DNA of 64,000 nt from Terriglobia bacterium. GTDB taxonomy: Bacteria > Acidobacteriota > Polarisedimenticolia > Polarisedimenticolales > JAIQFR01. The notes under the pieces are model-generated. The model saw only the letters and a list, made by a program, of their open reading frames with translations, did not search any database and was not told the DNA's origin. Where the stretch lies: contig CAVVHE010000004.1 in NCBI GenBank assembly GCA_963748015.1, forward strand, positions 1,984,001-2,048,000, read 5' to 3'. The translations under genes and the position numbers were made by a program. Shown piece after piece: positions 32,764 to 42,609 of this stretch (position 1 is the stretch's first letter; every line of letters begins with the position of its first letter).

Positions 32764-35318
32764 GGCGTCTTGGGTGCCTCCGGGGCGACCCCGCCGAGCG
32801 GCGGGCGGAGAAGGCCGCCCGGTGCGGCATGCACCGCCCAGCCGACGAGGTTGGCGAGCTCGGAGGAGATGTCCCCCTCGCCGTCGCTGGCGACCACGAT
32901 GCGGTCGGTCTCGGCCCACGCGCACGCGATCCGGGGCCGCGCATCGAGGAGGGCCGCCGCGCCTCCCGGTGCCCCCGCGCCGACGGCGCTCGCCGTGGCG
33001 GCGAGCGAGCCCAGCGCCCGCGCGGTGTTCCCGTAGGCGAGCGCCGAGTAGCTGGTGCGGCTCGACGCCGGCAGGAGGTCCTGGAACTGCTGGGAATGCG
33101 GGAGCGAAACGCCCGTGTCCCGGGCCTGGAGGGCCCGCTGGACGAGAGCGCGGCTGGGCCCGGCCACGAGCCAACCTCGATCGTACGTCCAGTGGATCTC
33201 CATCGGCGATCCCTCGACTCGGAGAGTACTCCACGTCCGGCCTTCGGCGGCCTCCTCGACCAGGCTCGCCGAGACCGCCCGTCCTTGTTTACGAAGCTCG
33301 TCGTTGGCGCGTTTCACGAGTTTCGAAACCGAGCTCTGGATACGCTCGGGGTCGTAGGCCTCCGCCACCAGCTTCCACGACGGCACGGGCAGCACCGGCC
33401 CGTCCAGGGCGACGGTCAAGCTCCCGCCGAGCGGATCGGCGAGATCGGCCACGGGATCCAGGCCGGTCTCCCGGTGGACCCTGTCCAGGGCATCGCGGAA
33501 AGCGGGGTCGTTGGCGTCGAACCACTCGAGGAGCTCCCTCACCGCGTCTCCCGGATCCCGCAGGACGATCGAGGCCGCCAGGGTGGCGTCCGGGGAGACG
33601 TACTCGAGGCCGCCCATCGGCCCGGGACTGGCGAGCCAAGAGGCGACGCCGCGCCGCGCGCCGTCGAAGGTGAGGACCGCCTCGTCGTGGACCTTGCCCG
33701 CGATCTCGACGCGCTCGACGACGAGATTCCTGGCCCCGTTCAGGCCGAGCGGCTCGAGCGGTTCGCGGCGCGAGCCCGCGCGAGAGAGAATCGCCTGGAC
33801 GTCGGCGCCGAGGAGCCAGCCGGTGCCGTCGCCGTAGGCCGCAACGAGCTGGCGGTGGAGCGGCGTTCCCGCGAAGGTGCCTTGCCCCTCGAACGCGGCG
33901 AGAACCCCGTGCGGAGCGAGCGCGACCACGCCGCCGGCCACGCGGACGTCCATCTCGCGGTACAGCTCCGCGTAGTCGGTCCGCAGGACGCGCTCGAGCG
34001 CCTCGGGATCGCGAGCCTCGGCCCGAACCAGCGGGCCGCGAAGCCCGCCGGCCTCGTCGAGGGCGAAGCTGAAGACGATCTCGTTGCCCAGAAGTTCCCC
34101 GAGCGCGCGGAGCTTGAGGAAGCCCGTCTCCAGCTCGCGCCGCGCCTCGTCGGTTTTCACGTTGCCGTTCCACCACTCGCGGAGCACGGGGCTCCGGGCA
34201 ACGTGCTGCTCGAAGATCTGCATGGCCTGACCGAGACCCTGCGCCAGGTTCGGCACCGCGGCGAACACGACGGTCCCGGCCGGGGTCTCGTCGAGGAGCC
34301 GGGTGGCAGTCCTCGGTGCGGGCGAGGCCACCGACGCCCGAAGATCCTCGCGCAGCGAGACCAGTTCACGCGCCAGCTCGTCGTAGCGGGCGGCGTCGGC
34401 GCTCCAGCCGAACTGCTCGACCAGCGGGAGCGACGGGAGCGCTGGCCGCGAGGCCATCTGGTCCCCCGCTTCCAGCAAGCGCTCCTGGCCTCCCGCGGTG
34501 ACCCGGACCGACCCCTCGAGGACCCCCACGCGCGATCCCGCCACGCCGGACTCCACGTTGAAGATCGTCCCCTTCACGCTGGCGATCGCATCCGGGGTGA
34601 CGACCTCGAGACGCCCGGAACCCTGCTTCGCCGCCTCGACGATGATGCCCCCCCCGGCGAGACGGATGGTGGCGCCGCGGCGGCCGCGCGAGATCGAGAG
34701 CTCGGTTCGCTCCCGCATCTCGATACGGGAGCCGTCGGCCATCGCCAGCACCGCTCCGGAGTCCTTGCCCGTGCGCAACCGGTCGGTCTCGACGAGCGTC
34801 GCGCCGGCGACCACGGGGGTACCCGTCGCGCCCTCGAGGCGGTAGATCGCGCCGCGGAGGCTCGCGACCCTGACCTCCTCCGGCGCGGGGCCGAGCGCCA
34901 CCCAGGCGCCCCACCCGGCGAGCACGACCGTGACCGCGAAGGCGGCCGCGGCCGCCCACCGGCCCCACGCCTGCCGCTCGGCTCGTCGCGCCGGATGCGC
35001 CCCGGCGGGAGCGGCGCCGTCGCGCACCGCGCGCGCGGCGATCAGCGCCCGCCGACAGGGAATGCAATCCCGCGTGTGATCCTCGAGCAGCAGGGCCTCG
35101 GCTCTCGGGAGCGTGGATTCGAGGAAGGCGGGGATGCGCTCCCGGAACCCCGAGCAGCGCTCGATCCGGGCCGATTCCAGCGCCGCCTCGGCCGAAGCCG
35201 TCTCCAGTCCCAGCGCTCGACGCGTCCGGTCCGCCGCCGCCGTTTCCGCGGCCGGGTCGGGCAACGAGGCGCGAATGCTCGCGGCGATTCCGTCCAGATC
35301 GTGCTCGCGGTTGCTCAT
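32760..35318 (-). CDS. Anti-sigma factor: zinc-binding Hx3Cx2C + TM + FecR-like domain + large periplasmic domain
   Basis: 'HTRDCIPC', TM '[19 protein letters not shown]', FecR-like 'DGSRIEM...VKGTIFNV...VLEGSVRV'; overlaps the ECF gene. Confidence 0.78.
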   Translation of the reverse strand: MSNREHDLDGIAASIRASLPDPAAETAAADRTRRALGLETASAEAALESARIERCSGFRERIPAFLESTLPRAEALLLEDHTRDCIPCRRALIAARAVRDGAAPAGAHPARRAERQAWGRWAAAAAFAVTVVLAGWGAWVALGPAPEEVRVASLRGAIYRLEGATGTPVVAGATLVETDRLRTGKDSGAVLAMADGSRIEMRERTELSISRGRRGATIRLAGGGIIVEAAKQGSGRLEVVTPDAIASVKGTIFNVESGVAGSRVGVLEGSVRVTAGGQERLLEAGDQMASRPALPSLPLVEQFGWSADAARYDELARELVSLREDLRASVASPAPRTATRLLDETPAGTVVFAAVPNLAQGLGQAMQIFEQHVARSPVLREWWNGNVKTDEARRELETGFLKLRALGELLGNEIVFSFALDEAGGLRGPLVRAEARDPEALERVLRTDYAELYREMDVRVAGGVVALAPHGVLAAFEGQGTFAGTPLHRQLVAAYGDGTGWLLGADVQAILSRAGSRREPLEPLGLNGARNLVVERVEIAGKVHDEAVLTFDGARRGVASWLASPGPMGGLEYVSPDATLAASIVLRDPGDAVRELLEWFDANDPAFRDALDRVHRETGLDPVADLADPLGGSLTVALDGPVLPVPSWKLVAEAYDPERIQSSVSKLVKRANDELRKQGRAVSASLVEEAAEGRTWSTLRVEGSPMEIHWTYDRGWLVAGPSRALVQRALQARDTGVSLPHSQQFQDLLPASSRTSYSALAYGNTARALGSLAATASAVGAGAPGGAAALLDARPRIACAWAETDRIVVASDGEGDISSELANLVGWAVHAAPGGLLRPPLGGVAPEAPKTP

Positions 35319-35854
35319 CGGAAACCTCCCAGTGCGCTTTTCCGGAGTCGGGCGCGCGTGCGGTGCAGCGAGACCGCCACGGTGCTCCAGGACGTGCCGA
35401 GCATCCGGGCGATCTCGCGATTGCTGTACCCCTCGAAGCAGCGCAGGACGAAGATCTCGGCCGCCCGCGGATTCAGCTCCGCCAGGGCGGCCCTCAGCCG
35501 GCGACCGAGCGCGGCGACCTCCGCCGCGACGGCCGGGTCGGGCCGTGGCTCGTGCAGCCGGTCCTGCCATTCAGCGAGCGGATCGGCCTTGGCCGTCCGG
35601 CGGCGCCGCAGCAGGTCCACGGCGGCGTTGACGGCGGCCCGGTGGAGGTAGCTTCCCGCGGTGTCGTTCGTCACGACCGTGCTCTCGCTGCGGAGAAGGC
35701 GGAGGAACACGGTCTGGAGCACGTCCTCGGCGTCGGCTTCCGTGCCGGTCACGCGATACGCGGCGCGGAACACCAGCTCTCGGTACTGCTCGAACAGCAG
35801 CGAGACCTGCTTCTGGAGAGGGGTCGGCGCTTCCTGTCGCGTCACGGCTTGCAC
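35315..35854 (-). CDS. ECF sigma factor
   Basis: Region 2 'DAEDVLQTVFLRL', region 4 'YSNREIARMLGTSWSTVAVSLHRTRARL'; GTG 35854 follows SD GGAGG (alternative ATG at 35884). Confidence 0.93.
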   Translation of the reverse strand: MQAVTRQEAPTPLQKQVSLLFEQYRELVFRAAYRVTGTEADAEDVLQTVFLRLLRSESTVVTNDTAGSYLHRAAVNAAVDLLRRRRTAKADPLAEWQDRLHEPRPDPAVAAEVAALGRRLRAALAELNPRAAEIFVLRCFEGYSNREIARMLGTSWSTVAVSLHRTRARLRKSALGGFR

Positions 35855-35944
35855 GGGCACCTCCGGGGATCTTCCATCACCCATGAATACGCACCCGCGG
35901 GCGGATCATTACCGCCCCCGACTCGAATTCGAGGCTGGGAGCCG

Positions 35945-36673
35945 TCACCTGGCCGGAGGCGGGATCGGCTCCTCCTGGGAAAGCAGGTCGATCGCCGGGG
36001 CGACGTAGTTCGCGGGCTGCTGGACCAGGAACGCCGTGAGGCGCGCTTCCTGCGCGAGCTCCACCCTCATCCGCGCCGGCAGGTAACCCGCGCCGAGCAC
36101 CTCGATCCGCCACGAGCCTGCCGCAAGGTCCTCGATCTCGAAGGTCCCGTCGGGCAGGGTCAGCGTGGACCGCGGGTCCTCGGTCTCGTCGGTGCGCACC
36201 AGGCGGACCCTCGCCTCTCCCAGCGGCCCCGCGCCGCGCACGGCGACCGCGCCGGACAGCCGGACGCGATTCCCGGCCTGCGATTCCGCGCGCGAAACGG
36301 GCGCTTTCCCGGCGGCGTCCGGCGCGAGCCGGACCTCCACGACCGCGCGATACGGGAAGCGCACCGCGACGCCTTCCTTGACGATCGGTGCGTATCCCTC
36401 CCGCTTCAGCTCGACGCGGTACGTCCCCTCCGGCAGCCGCTCGAAGTAGAAGAGACCCTTGTCGTCGGTGGAGGTGAGCCAGAGGAGCGGCCGGTCCCCC
36501 GAAGCGCTCGCGAGGACCGCGGCGCCGACGACGGGACGGTGCCGGTCGAGCGACGCCGTGCCCTCGAGGCGCGCCATCTTCGGCGGCGCCGGGGCCGTCT
36601 CCTCGGCCGCGGCGGCCGCGGCCGCGCCGATCATCGCGGCCGCAACGAGGACGATCGATACCGCTCGACGCAT
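35945..36673 (-). CDS. Secreted protein with two carboxypeptidase-regulatory-like (prealbumin-like) domains
   Basis: Signal peptide; 'TDDKGLFYFERLPEGTYRVEL' and 'DGTFEIEDLAAGSWRIEV'; TATAAT on minus strand at 36731-36736. Confidence 0.75.
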   Translation of the reverse strand: MRRAVSIVLVAAAMIGAAAAAAAEETAPAPPKMARLEGTASLDRHRPVVGAAVLASASGDRPLLWLTSTDDKGLFYFERLPEGTYRVELKREGYAPIVKEGVAVRFPYRAVVEVRLAPDAAGKAPVSRAESQAGNRVRLSGAVAVRGAGPLGEARVRLVRTDETEDPRSTLTLPDGTFEIEDLAAGSWRIEVLGAGYLPARMRVELAQEARLTAFLVQQPANYVAPAIDLLSQEEPIPPPAR

Positions 36674-36780
36674 GAGCCTCCGGCGCGCCCGCACGACCTT
36701 CCTCGACGGAATCGCGGGCGTCCTGGGGTGATTATAGGCGGCAAACCGCGGGTGCGCCGCGCGAGGACGGCGTCGCGAGG

Positions 36781-38136
36781 TTACGAATGGCCGACCGCGA
36801 TCCGGCGCCCCCCGGCGCGCGCGACCCAGGCGATCCTGGCCGTGAGAAGCACCGCGACGGCGGCGAGCGCTATGGCCAACCCTGCCCAGATTCCCCGCGC
36901 CCCCCAGCCGGCGCGGAACGCCAGGAACCAACCCGCGGGGAGGCCGACGAACCAGTAGCCGACGAGGTTGGCGGCGGAGGGCAGGTGCACGTCGCCGACG
37001 CCGCGCAGCACGGCGAACGAGACGACCTGCGTGCCGTCGAAGACCTGGAACGCCGCCGCGATCGGGAGGAGCGTCGCCGCGAGCGCGATCACCGCCGGGT
37101 CGAGGGTGTAGAGCCGGCCGAGGAGCTCCGGAACGAAGAGGAACGCCGCCGCCGGCAGGAGCATGAACGCGACGGCGAGCCCGATCGCGACCCGCGCGGT
37201 GCGCGTCCAGTGGAGCCCCGCGCCGAACAGGTGCCCGACGCGCGTCGCGCAGGCCGCGGCCAGCGCGTTCGGGACCATGAAGGAGACGGTGGCGAGGTTC
37301 ATGGTGATCGCGTGGGCCGCGAGCGCCGTCGCGCCGAGCTGCCCGATCATCAGCCCCGCGGCATGGAACGCCCAGACCTCGAGGCCGACCTGGAACCCGA
37401 GGGCCAGGCCGATGCCGAAGACGCGGCCGAGAGCGGACCAGGAGAGCTGCGCGCGCCAGCCGAGCCAATGGCCCTTGAAGCTCTCGCGGCCGAAGAAGAG
37501 CAGCGCGCCGAGCATGAACCACTGCGCGGCCGCGGTGGCGTACCCCGAGCCGAGAGGACCGAGCGCGGGCACGCCGAGATGGCCGTAGATCAGCACCCAG
37601 TTGAGGCCGGCGTTGACGAGGTTCGCGAGGAGCACCGCGATCGTCCCGGGGCGCATGACCCCGAGCGCCTGCGTGAACTGCCGGCAGACCGCGAACCCGA
37701 GAAAGCCCGGCACCCCCCACATCAGCGCGCGGCAGTAAGCGCCCGCGGGCGCCAGGAGCTCGCGCGGCTGGCGGAAGAGATCGAGCGCCGGCTCGGCGAA
37801 CGCATAGAGGGCGATCACGGGAAACGCGAGAAGCGCGGCCATCGCGAAGCCGAGCGAGAGCCCCGTGCCGACCGTCCGCCGGTCTCCCGCTCCGTGCGCC
37901 TGCGCCACCAGCGGGTCGAGGGCGCGCGAGGCTCCGAGGGCGACGATCACGATCGCGAAGTTCCAGGTGTTGGCGAGCGAGACGGCGGCGAGCGCCCCCG
38001 CCCCGAGCCGCCCGACCATCATCGCGTCCACGGTCCCCATCGCGATCGTCCCGAGGTACGTGATCACGACGGGCGCGGCGAGCCGCACCAGGCGCGCGGT
38101 CTCCTCTCGGGCGCCCCCTTCCGCGACGACGGTCAT
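36781..38136 (-). CDS. MATE family efflux transporter (NorM-like)
   Basis: 'VDAMMVGRLG', 'VAQAHGA', 'RVGHLFGA', 'FQVFDGTQ', ~12 TMs. Confidence 0.93.
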   Translation of the reverse strand: MTVVAEGGAREETARLVRLAAPVVITYLGTIAMGTVDAMMVGRLGAGALAAVSLANTWNFAIVIVALGASRALDPLVAQAHGAGDRRTVGTGLSLGFAMAALLAFPVIALYAFAEPALDLFRQPRELLAPAGAYCRALMWGVPGFLGFAVCRQFTQALGVMRPGTIAVLLANLVNAGLNWVLIYGHLGVPALGPLGSGYATAAAQWFMLGALLFFGRESFKGHWLGWRAQLSWSALGRVFGIGLALGFQVGLEVWAFHAAGLMIGQLGATALAAHAITMNLATVSFMVPNALAAACATRVGHLFGAGLHWTRTARVAIGLAVAFMLLPAAAFLFVPELLGRLYTLDPAVIALAATLLPIAAAFQVFDGTQVVSFAVLRGVGDVHLPSAANLVGYWFVGLPAGWFLAFRAGWGARGIWAGLAIALAAVAVLLTARIAWVARAGGRRIAVGHS

Positions 38137-38190
38137 TCCGATGGGCTTGGTTGCTTGCACCGTGCGCCATTGTAGCGGGATCCCCCGGCC

Positions 38191-38219
38191 TTGTTTCTTC
38201 AGGCTCGTGCGCGTATAAG
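38191..38219 (+). promoter_or_regulatory. Putative sigma70 promoter TTGTTT-17-TATAAG
   Basis: Correct spacing, upstream of the lipoprotein gene at 38289. Confidence 0.4.
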
Positions 38220-38288
38220 AACCAAGAGAAAACCCGCGCGGACTCTCGAGCGAGAGCATGCCACGTCTCCCCCCGAGCGCTCCGCGCC

Positions 38289-38651
38289 ATGGGGAGGCGC
38301 ATCGTGAGATCACACCACTCGTTCGCGATCCTGCTGCTCGCCGCGGTCGCGCTCGTCTCGGGCTGCTCCGGAGGCGGCGACGACGTCGCGGGCCCGGACT
38401 ACACCGTCCGGGTGATCATGGCCGGCGCCGGCGCGGGACGCGTTTACAGCGACGGCAACTGGGTCGACTGCCCGTCCAACTGCGGCCCTCTTGACTGGAC
38501 GGGCGGCGCTACGGTCAACCTGGTCGCGGAGCCGGAGCTGGACTCCGTGTTCGTGAGCTGGACCGGCGCCTGCACCGGCGTCGACCCGCAGGTTTGTACG
38601 TTCGTGGTCACCGGCCACATGGAGGTCACCGCGACGTTCAACAAGCTCTGA
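38289..38651 (+). CDS. Small lipoprotein with one divergent InlB-B-type repeat domain
   Basis: Lipobox 'VSG|C'; 'GAGRV...C...C...VNLVAEP...FVSWTGAC...C...VTATF' pattern. Confidence 0.75.
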   Translation: MGRRIVRSHHSFAILLLAAVALVSGCSGGGDDVAGPDYTVRVIMAGAGAGRVYSDGNWVDCPSNCGPLDWTGGATVNLVAEPELDSVFVSWTGACTGVDPQVCTFVVTGHMEVTATFNKL

Positions 38652-38717
38652 GGCCCGAGGTTGCAGTCGCGCAACACGACGCGACTTGGGCACCACGACG
38701 GGGCAGGTACGCGGAGA

Positions 38718-39575
38718 TCACTCGCGCTGGCGCTCGGGAGCCTGCCAGACGATGTTCTTGTCCTTGTCGAACATGACGATGGACGCGGCGGAACGCTTGA
38801 TCTTCGTCCCTGTCTTTGGAGCCACAAGATCCGTCGTCCCCAGCGCGGTTCGGAATCCCTGGGCGTCTTCCAGCAGCAGACTGGTGTCGTCCTTGGAAGC
38901 GCCGAGTGCCGCCCGCAGTTTCCCGGCTTCGTCCCGCAGGCCCAGCAATGGGCCGTCCATGGACACGACGAAGTTCGCCCGGACCTCGTTCGCTCCGTCG
39001 AAGAGGGTCAGCCCGGACACGTCTCCGCCCGTGTCGAGAATCGCCCGAACTTGACCCGATTCGTCAGCCAAACGCAACTCGGCCTTGTCGTCGCTCCCCT
39101 CGAGCGTCGCCCGCGCCTTTCCGGCCTCATCCAGCAAGTCCAGCGAGGACCCAGCCCTGAACGCGCCCATGTGCAACCGCTTCTTTCCGGCTTCGTCGAA
39201 CAAGTCGAGCGCGGAAGCGCCAACGGTCGCGCGAAGGACCGTCCCCCCTTTCCCCGTTTCGCCGAACAGCAGCAGTAGAGGCCCCTCCTTGCCCGCCAAG
39301 ACCTGCGCGCGCCCCTTCTCCGATTCGTCGAACAGGGTCAGCCCGACCGCGTCGTTGTCCGTGGCGAGGACGGCCCGCTCTTTCCCCGCTTCGTCCACGA
39401 CGACGAGCCTCCGAGTCCGGACTTCGTCGGTCACCGTCGGCCCGGCCGCCTGTCCCATGAGGACCAGCCCGGCCGCGACGGCGACGGCCACCAGCCCCCC
39501 GCGCCTGAGTCTCCGGTTCTCTCGCTCGAGCCGCTCCATCCGGCCCGCGAGATCGTCGCTGCTGCGTGCGCTCAT
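38718..39575 (-). CDS. Membrane-anchored hypothetical protein with ~9 tandem 22-aa repeats
   Basis: Short coiled coil, TM, then repeats resembling 'LxLxDExGKxRAxL'. Confidence 0.75.
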   Translation of the reverse strand: MSARSSDDLAGRMERLERENRRLRRGGLVAVAVAAGLVLMGQAAGPTVTDEVRTRRLVVVDEAGKERAVLATDNDAVGLTLFDESEKGRAQVLAGKEGPLLLLFGETGKGGTVLRATVGASALDLFDEAGKKRLHMGAFRAGSSLDLLDEAGKARATLEGSDDKAELRLADESGQVRAILDTGGDVSGLTLFDGANEVRANFVVSMDGPLLGLRDEAGKLRAALGASKDDTSLLLEDAQGFRTALGTTDLVAPKTGTKIKRSAASIVMFDKDKNIVWQAPERQRE

Positions 39576-39813
39576 CGTATTCCCCCGAGGTCGGATCGTA
39601 AGGCCGAATGATACAGCCCCACCGGCGGATGCGGGGGCGGGCAGCGGGCGACCGGACTTCCCCAGCCTGGTGGACACCGCATGAAAGACGGATAGGATGT
39701 CCAGGATACGTGACCCAGATGGGGGAAGGCGGCTGCGTGGCCGGACTCTCCACCGAAGCGGTCGAAGCACATATCGAGACAGGGTGCGGTGCGGTGATGA
39801 GCGAGGAAACCCG

Positions 39814-40533
39814 ATGAACATCCGGAGATCGTGCTGTCTCTTGCTGGCTGCGCTGTGCCTTCTCTCGTGTTCAGGGACAAACTCCGTCTTCACGCCTACG
39901 GGCTCATACAGCACGAGTTTTTCACTGAACGAAAATCCTGTTTCCGAGGGCGGGCGTTGGATCAACGGCGGGGCGGTTGGGCTCGACTGGCACAACGTTC
40001 AGACGATACCCGGTAGAGCTTACGGGGCGTCGATCGTCGGCGGCTACGACGACGACATCGCGGTCCTGAGCACCTCGTTCGCGGCCGACCAGTACGCGCA
40101 GGGAACCGTGTACCGCGCGGCGGGCTACGCGCCAAGCGGGAGCCACGAGATCGAGCTTCTGCTCCGTTTCAGGATCACCGCGCACAACGCGCGCGGCTAC
40201 GAAGTGCTGTGGGGCGGGGGCGGAGCCACGAACGGCGAGCTCGCGATCGTCTGCTGGAACGGCCCGCTCGGAGACTACACGTCCCTCGCCAGCACCACGA
40301 TCGCACCGGCGGTCGATGGCGATGTGTTGCGGGCCGAGATCGCGGGCAGCGTCATCAAGGTCTACAAGAATGGCTCGCTCGTGCTCACCGGCCCATCCAA
40401 TACGACATGGAAGGACGGTCAACCCGGCATAGGGTTCTGGCCGACTGACAGGGGGGGCGTGACCTCGGCCAATTACGGTTGGAGTAATTTCTCGGCGGGG
40501 GACGGATCCGGTCCATCTCGCGGTAGCGGCTGA
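39814..40533 (+). CDS. Hypothetical beta-rich lipoprotein
   Basis: Lipobox 'LLS|C'; Gly/Trp/Tyr-rich beta-strand pattern; SD GAGG upstream. Confidence 0.65.
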   Translation: MNIRRSCCLLLAALCLLSCSGTNSVFTPTGSYSTSFSLNENPVSEGGRWINGGAVGLDWHNVQTIPGRAYGASIVGGYDDDIAVLSTSFAADQYAQGTVYRAAGYAPSGSHEIELLLRFRITAHNARGYEVLWGGGGATNGELAIVCWNGPLGDYTSLASTTIAPAVDGDVLRAEIAGSVIKVYKNGSLVLTGPSNTTWKDGQPGIGFWPTDRGGVTSANYGWSNFSAGDGSGPSRGSG

Positions 40534-40803
40534 ACCGAAGTCGTCGGCTCGAAGATTCGCGCGTCGGGCAAAACCGATTCCGACTGCGGCCGCGGCGAGA
40601 CGTGCTAGACCGGCTACCCGTTCAGCGGTGGGACCGACGACACGACAGGGCATTGGCTCATCGTCCGTTGCGGCGATGGACTCACTCGAAGCCGTCCTAT
40701 CGGCGCGTGGCCACGCCGTTGAACGCTAGAAGGACACCGACAGCCAGCGGCCCCCCGAGGCCGCCAACGTAGAGCGTGGTATCCTTACCGCTGCCAACAC
40801 CTT

Positions 40804-40879
40804 AGGCGGTTAGCTCAGTTGGTAGAGCACCTGCCTTACACGCAGGGGGTCGCTGGTTCGAGTCCAGCACCGCCTACCA
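40804..40879 (+). tRNA. tRNA-Val(TAC)
   Basis: Acceptor AGGCGGT/ACCGCCT, anticodon arm CCTGC-CT-TAC-AC-GCAGG, GGTTCGAGTCC T-arm, encoded CCA. Confidence 0.98.
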
Positions 40880-40888
40880 GACGCGAGA

Positions 40889-42526
40889 TCAGGGGCGAAC
40901 CCACCAGCGCTCGAGGAGTGCGAGGGAGTCGCTCGGAATCGGGATCTCGACGCCCTTGAGGCGCGGGCCGGCGACGGCGAGGCGCTGCGTCTCGTACAGG
41001 AAGGTGTAGGGCTGGTCGCGGTAGATCGCGCGCTCGACGGAGCCGAAGAGCGGCTTCATCCCCTTCCAGTCCGCGACCGATTCGAGCTTCTCCAGCAGGC
41101 CGTCCACCTCCGGCGAGCGGTAGCGGACCACGTTGTTGCCGCCTGGAGGGAGGCCCGCCGACCCGAAGATCGGCTTGAGGTCGATGGCGCCGAGCAGCTT
41201 CCAGCCGCCCACGTAGGCGTCGAAGTCACCGCCCGTCGTCTTGTGCACGAGGGTCTGCATCTCGAGCGTCGTCACGCGGGCGCGCACGCCGATCCTCGAC
41301 AGCTGCTCCTGCGCCTTCACCATCACCGACTCGCGCAGCCGGTTCCCCGCGTTCGACACGATCTCGAGCTCGAGCGGGCGGCCGTTCCTCTCGAGGACGC
41401 CGTCGCTCGCGCGCGGGACGAACCCCTTCGACGCGAGGATCTTCCGCGCTTCCGCCGGGTCGTAGGGCAGCGGCTCGAGGCCGGGATCGCTCGCCCACCA
41501 GAAGGACAGCAGCGGTCCCTTGCTGACGCGGCCGAAGCCGTAGAGCAGCTCCTCCACCAGCGCCTTGCGGTCGATCGCGAGGGTCAACGCGCGGCGGATC
41601 TCGGGATCGTCGAGCGGCGGGCGCGCGCCGTTCCAGCCGATGTAGTCGTACATCGGGTAGTCGAACGCGATCAGCGCGGCCCCCGGCGTGGCGCGAACCC
41701 GCGCGGCCTCCCGCGGCGCCACCCCTTCCATGTAGTCCAGCCCGCCCGCGAGGACCTGCGTCAGCAGCGACGTCGCGTCCGGCACGATGCGGACCACGAC
41801 CTTGTCGAGACGCGGGAACTCCTTCCTGAAGTATCGCGGGTTCCGCGCCAGGACGATCTCCTCCGCGGGCGCGTGCCGCTCGAGCAGGAACGGGCCGGAG
41901 CCGACCCGCACCGCCGACCAGTCGTGGTGCGTCCAGTCCTTGAACGGGACGGCGCCGTAGACGTGCTCGGGCAGGATCCCGCCCTCGACGGCGTCGGAGA
42001 GCTGATTCGGGTAGGCGCGGTCGAAGCGGAAGACCACGGTGCGGTCGTCCGACGCCTCGACGGCGGTCACGTGCCGCTTCGACGCGACGGAGAGCCAGGC
42101 GACCTCCGGAGAGGTTTGCGCCTTCCACGTGAAGACGACGTCCGAGGCCTTGACCGGGCGGCCGTCGCTCCACGTCGCATCGCGGAGCCGGAACGTGATC
42201 GCCTTGCCGTCCTTCGAGAAGGTCCACGATTCGGCGAGCAGCGGCTCGAAGCTCGCGGGGTGCTCGCGCGTGTCCCCCTGCTCCTGCGCGAGCCGGAGGT
42301 TGATGCGCCGGAGGATCCCGTTGGCGAACGCCTGCTTCGACAGGTACTCGTTCCACGAGTCGACGTCGGTGATGCTGCCGAGGACCCCCGTTCCGCCCCT
42401 GCTCGGCGCGTCGCCGGCGGCGAGGGCCGGCGGAGCGCTGCCGCCGACCCGGGCGGCGAGGACCAGGAGCAGGGCGAGCCCGAAGGCGAACGCGACGGAA
42501 CGGACCAGGGTCTGTTTGCGAGACAA
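40889..42526 (-). CDS. Family 5 (peptide/nickel) ABC substrate-binding protein
   Basis: 'PLLAESWTFSKDGKAITFRLRDATWSDGRPVKASDVVFTW', 'GSGPF', 'RRALTLAIDR'; TTG start after GGAGG. Confidence 0.9.
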   Translation of the reverse strand: MSRKQTLVRSVAFAFGLALLLVLAARVGGSAPPALAAGDAPSRGGTGVLGSITDVDSWNEYLSKQAFANGILRRINLRLAQEQGDTREHPASFEPLLAESWTFSKDGKAITFRLRDATWSDGRPVKASDVVFTWKAQTSPEVAWLSVASKRHVTAVEASDDRTVVFRFDRAYPNQLSDAVEGGILPEHVYGAVPFKDWTHHDWSAVRVGSGPFLLERHAPAEEIVLARNPRYFRKEFPRLDKVVVRIVPDATSLLTQVLAGGLDYMEGVAPREAARVRATPGAALIAFDYPMYDYIGWNGARPPLDDPEIRRALTLAIDRKALVEELLYGFGRVSKGPLLSFWWASDPGLEPLPYDPAEARKILASKGFVPRASDGVLERNGRPLELEIVSNAGNRLRESVMVKAQEQLSRIGVRARVTTLEMQTLVHKTTGGDFDAYVGGWKLLGAIDLKPIFGSAGLPPGGNNVVRYRSPEVDGLLEKLESVADWKGMKPLFGSVERAIYRDQPYTFLYETQRLAVAGPRLKGVEIPIPSDSLALLERWWVRP

Positions 42527-42609
42527 GGCGGCCTCCGATCGAAAGGACCGGGGGCGAATATGTGACCCGGCTCGGGAAGAGTCAAAGGAAGGGGGGCCGC
42601 CGTCCCGCC

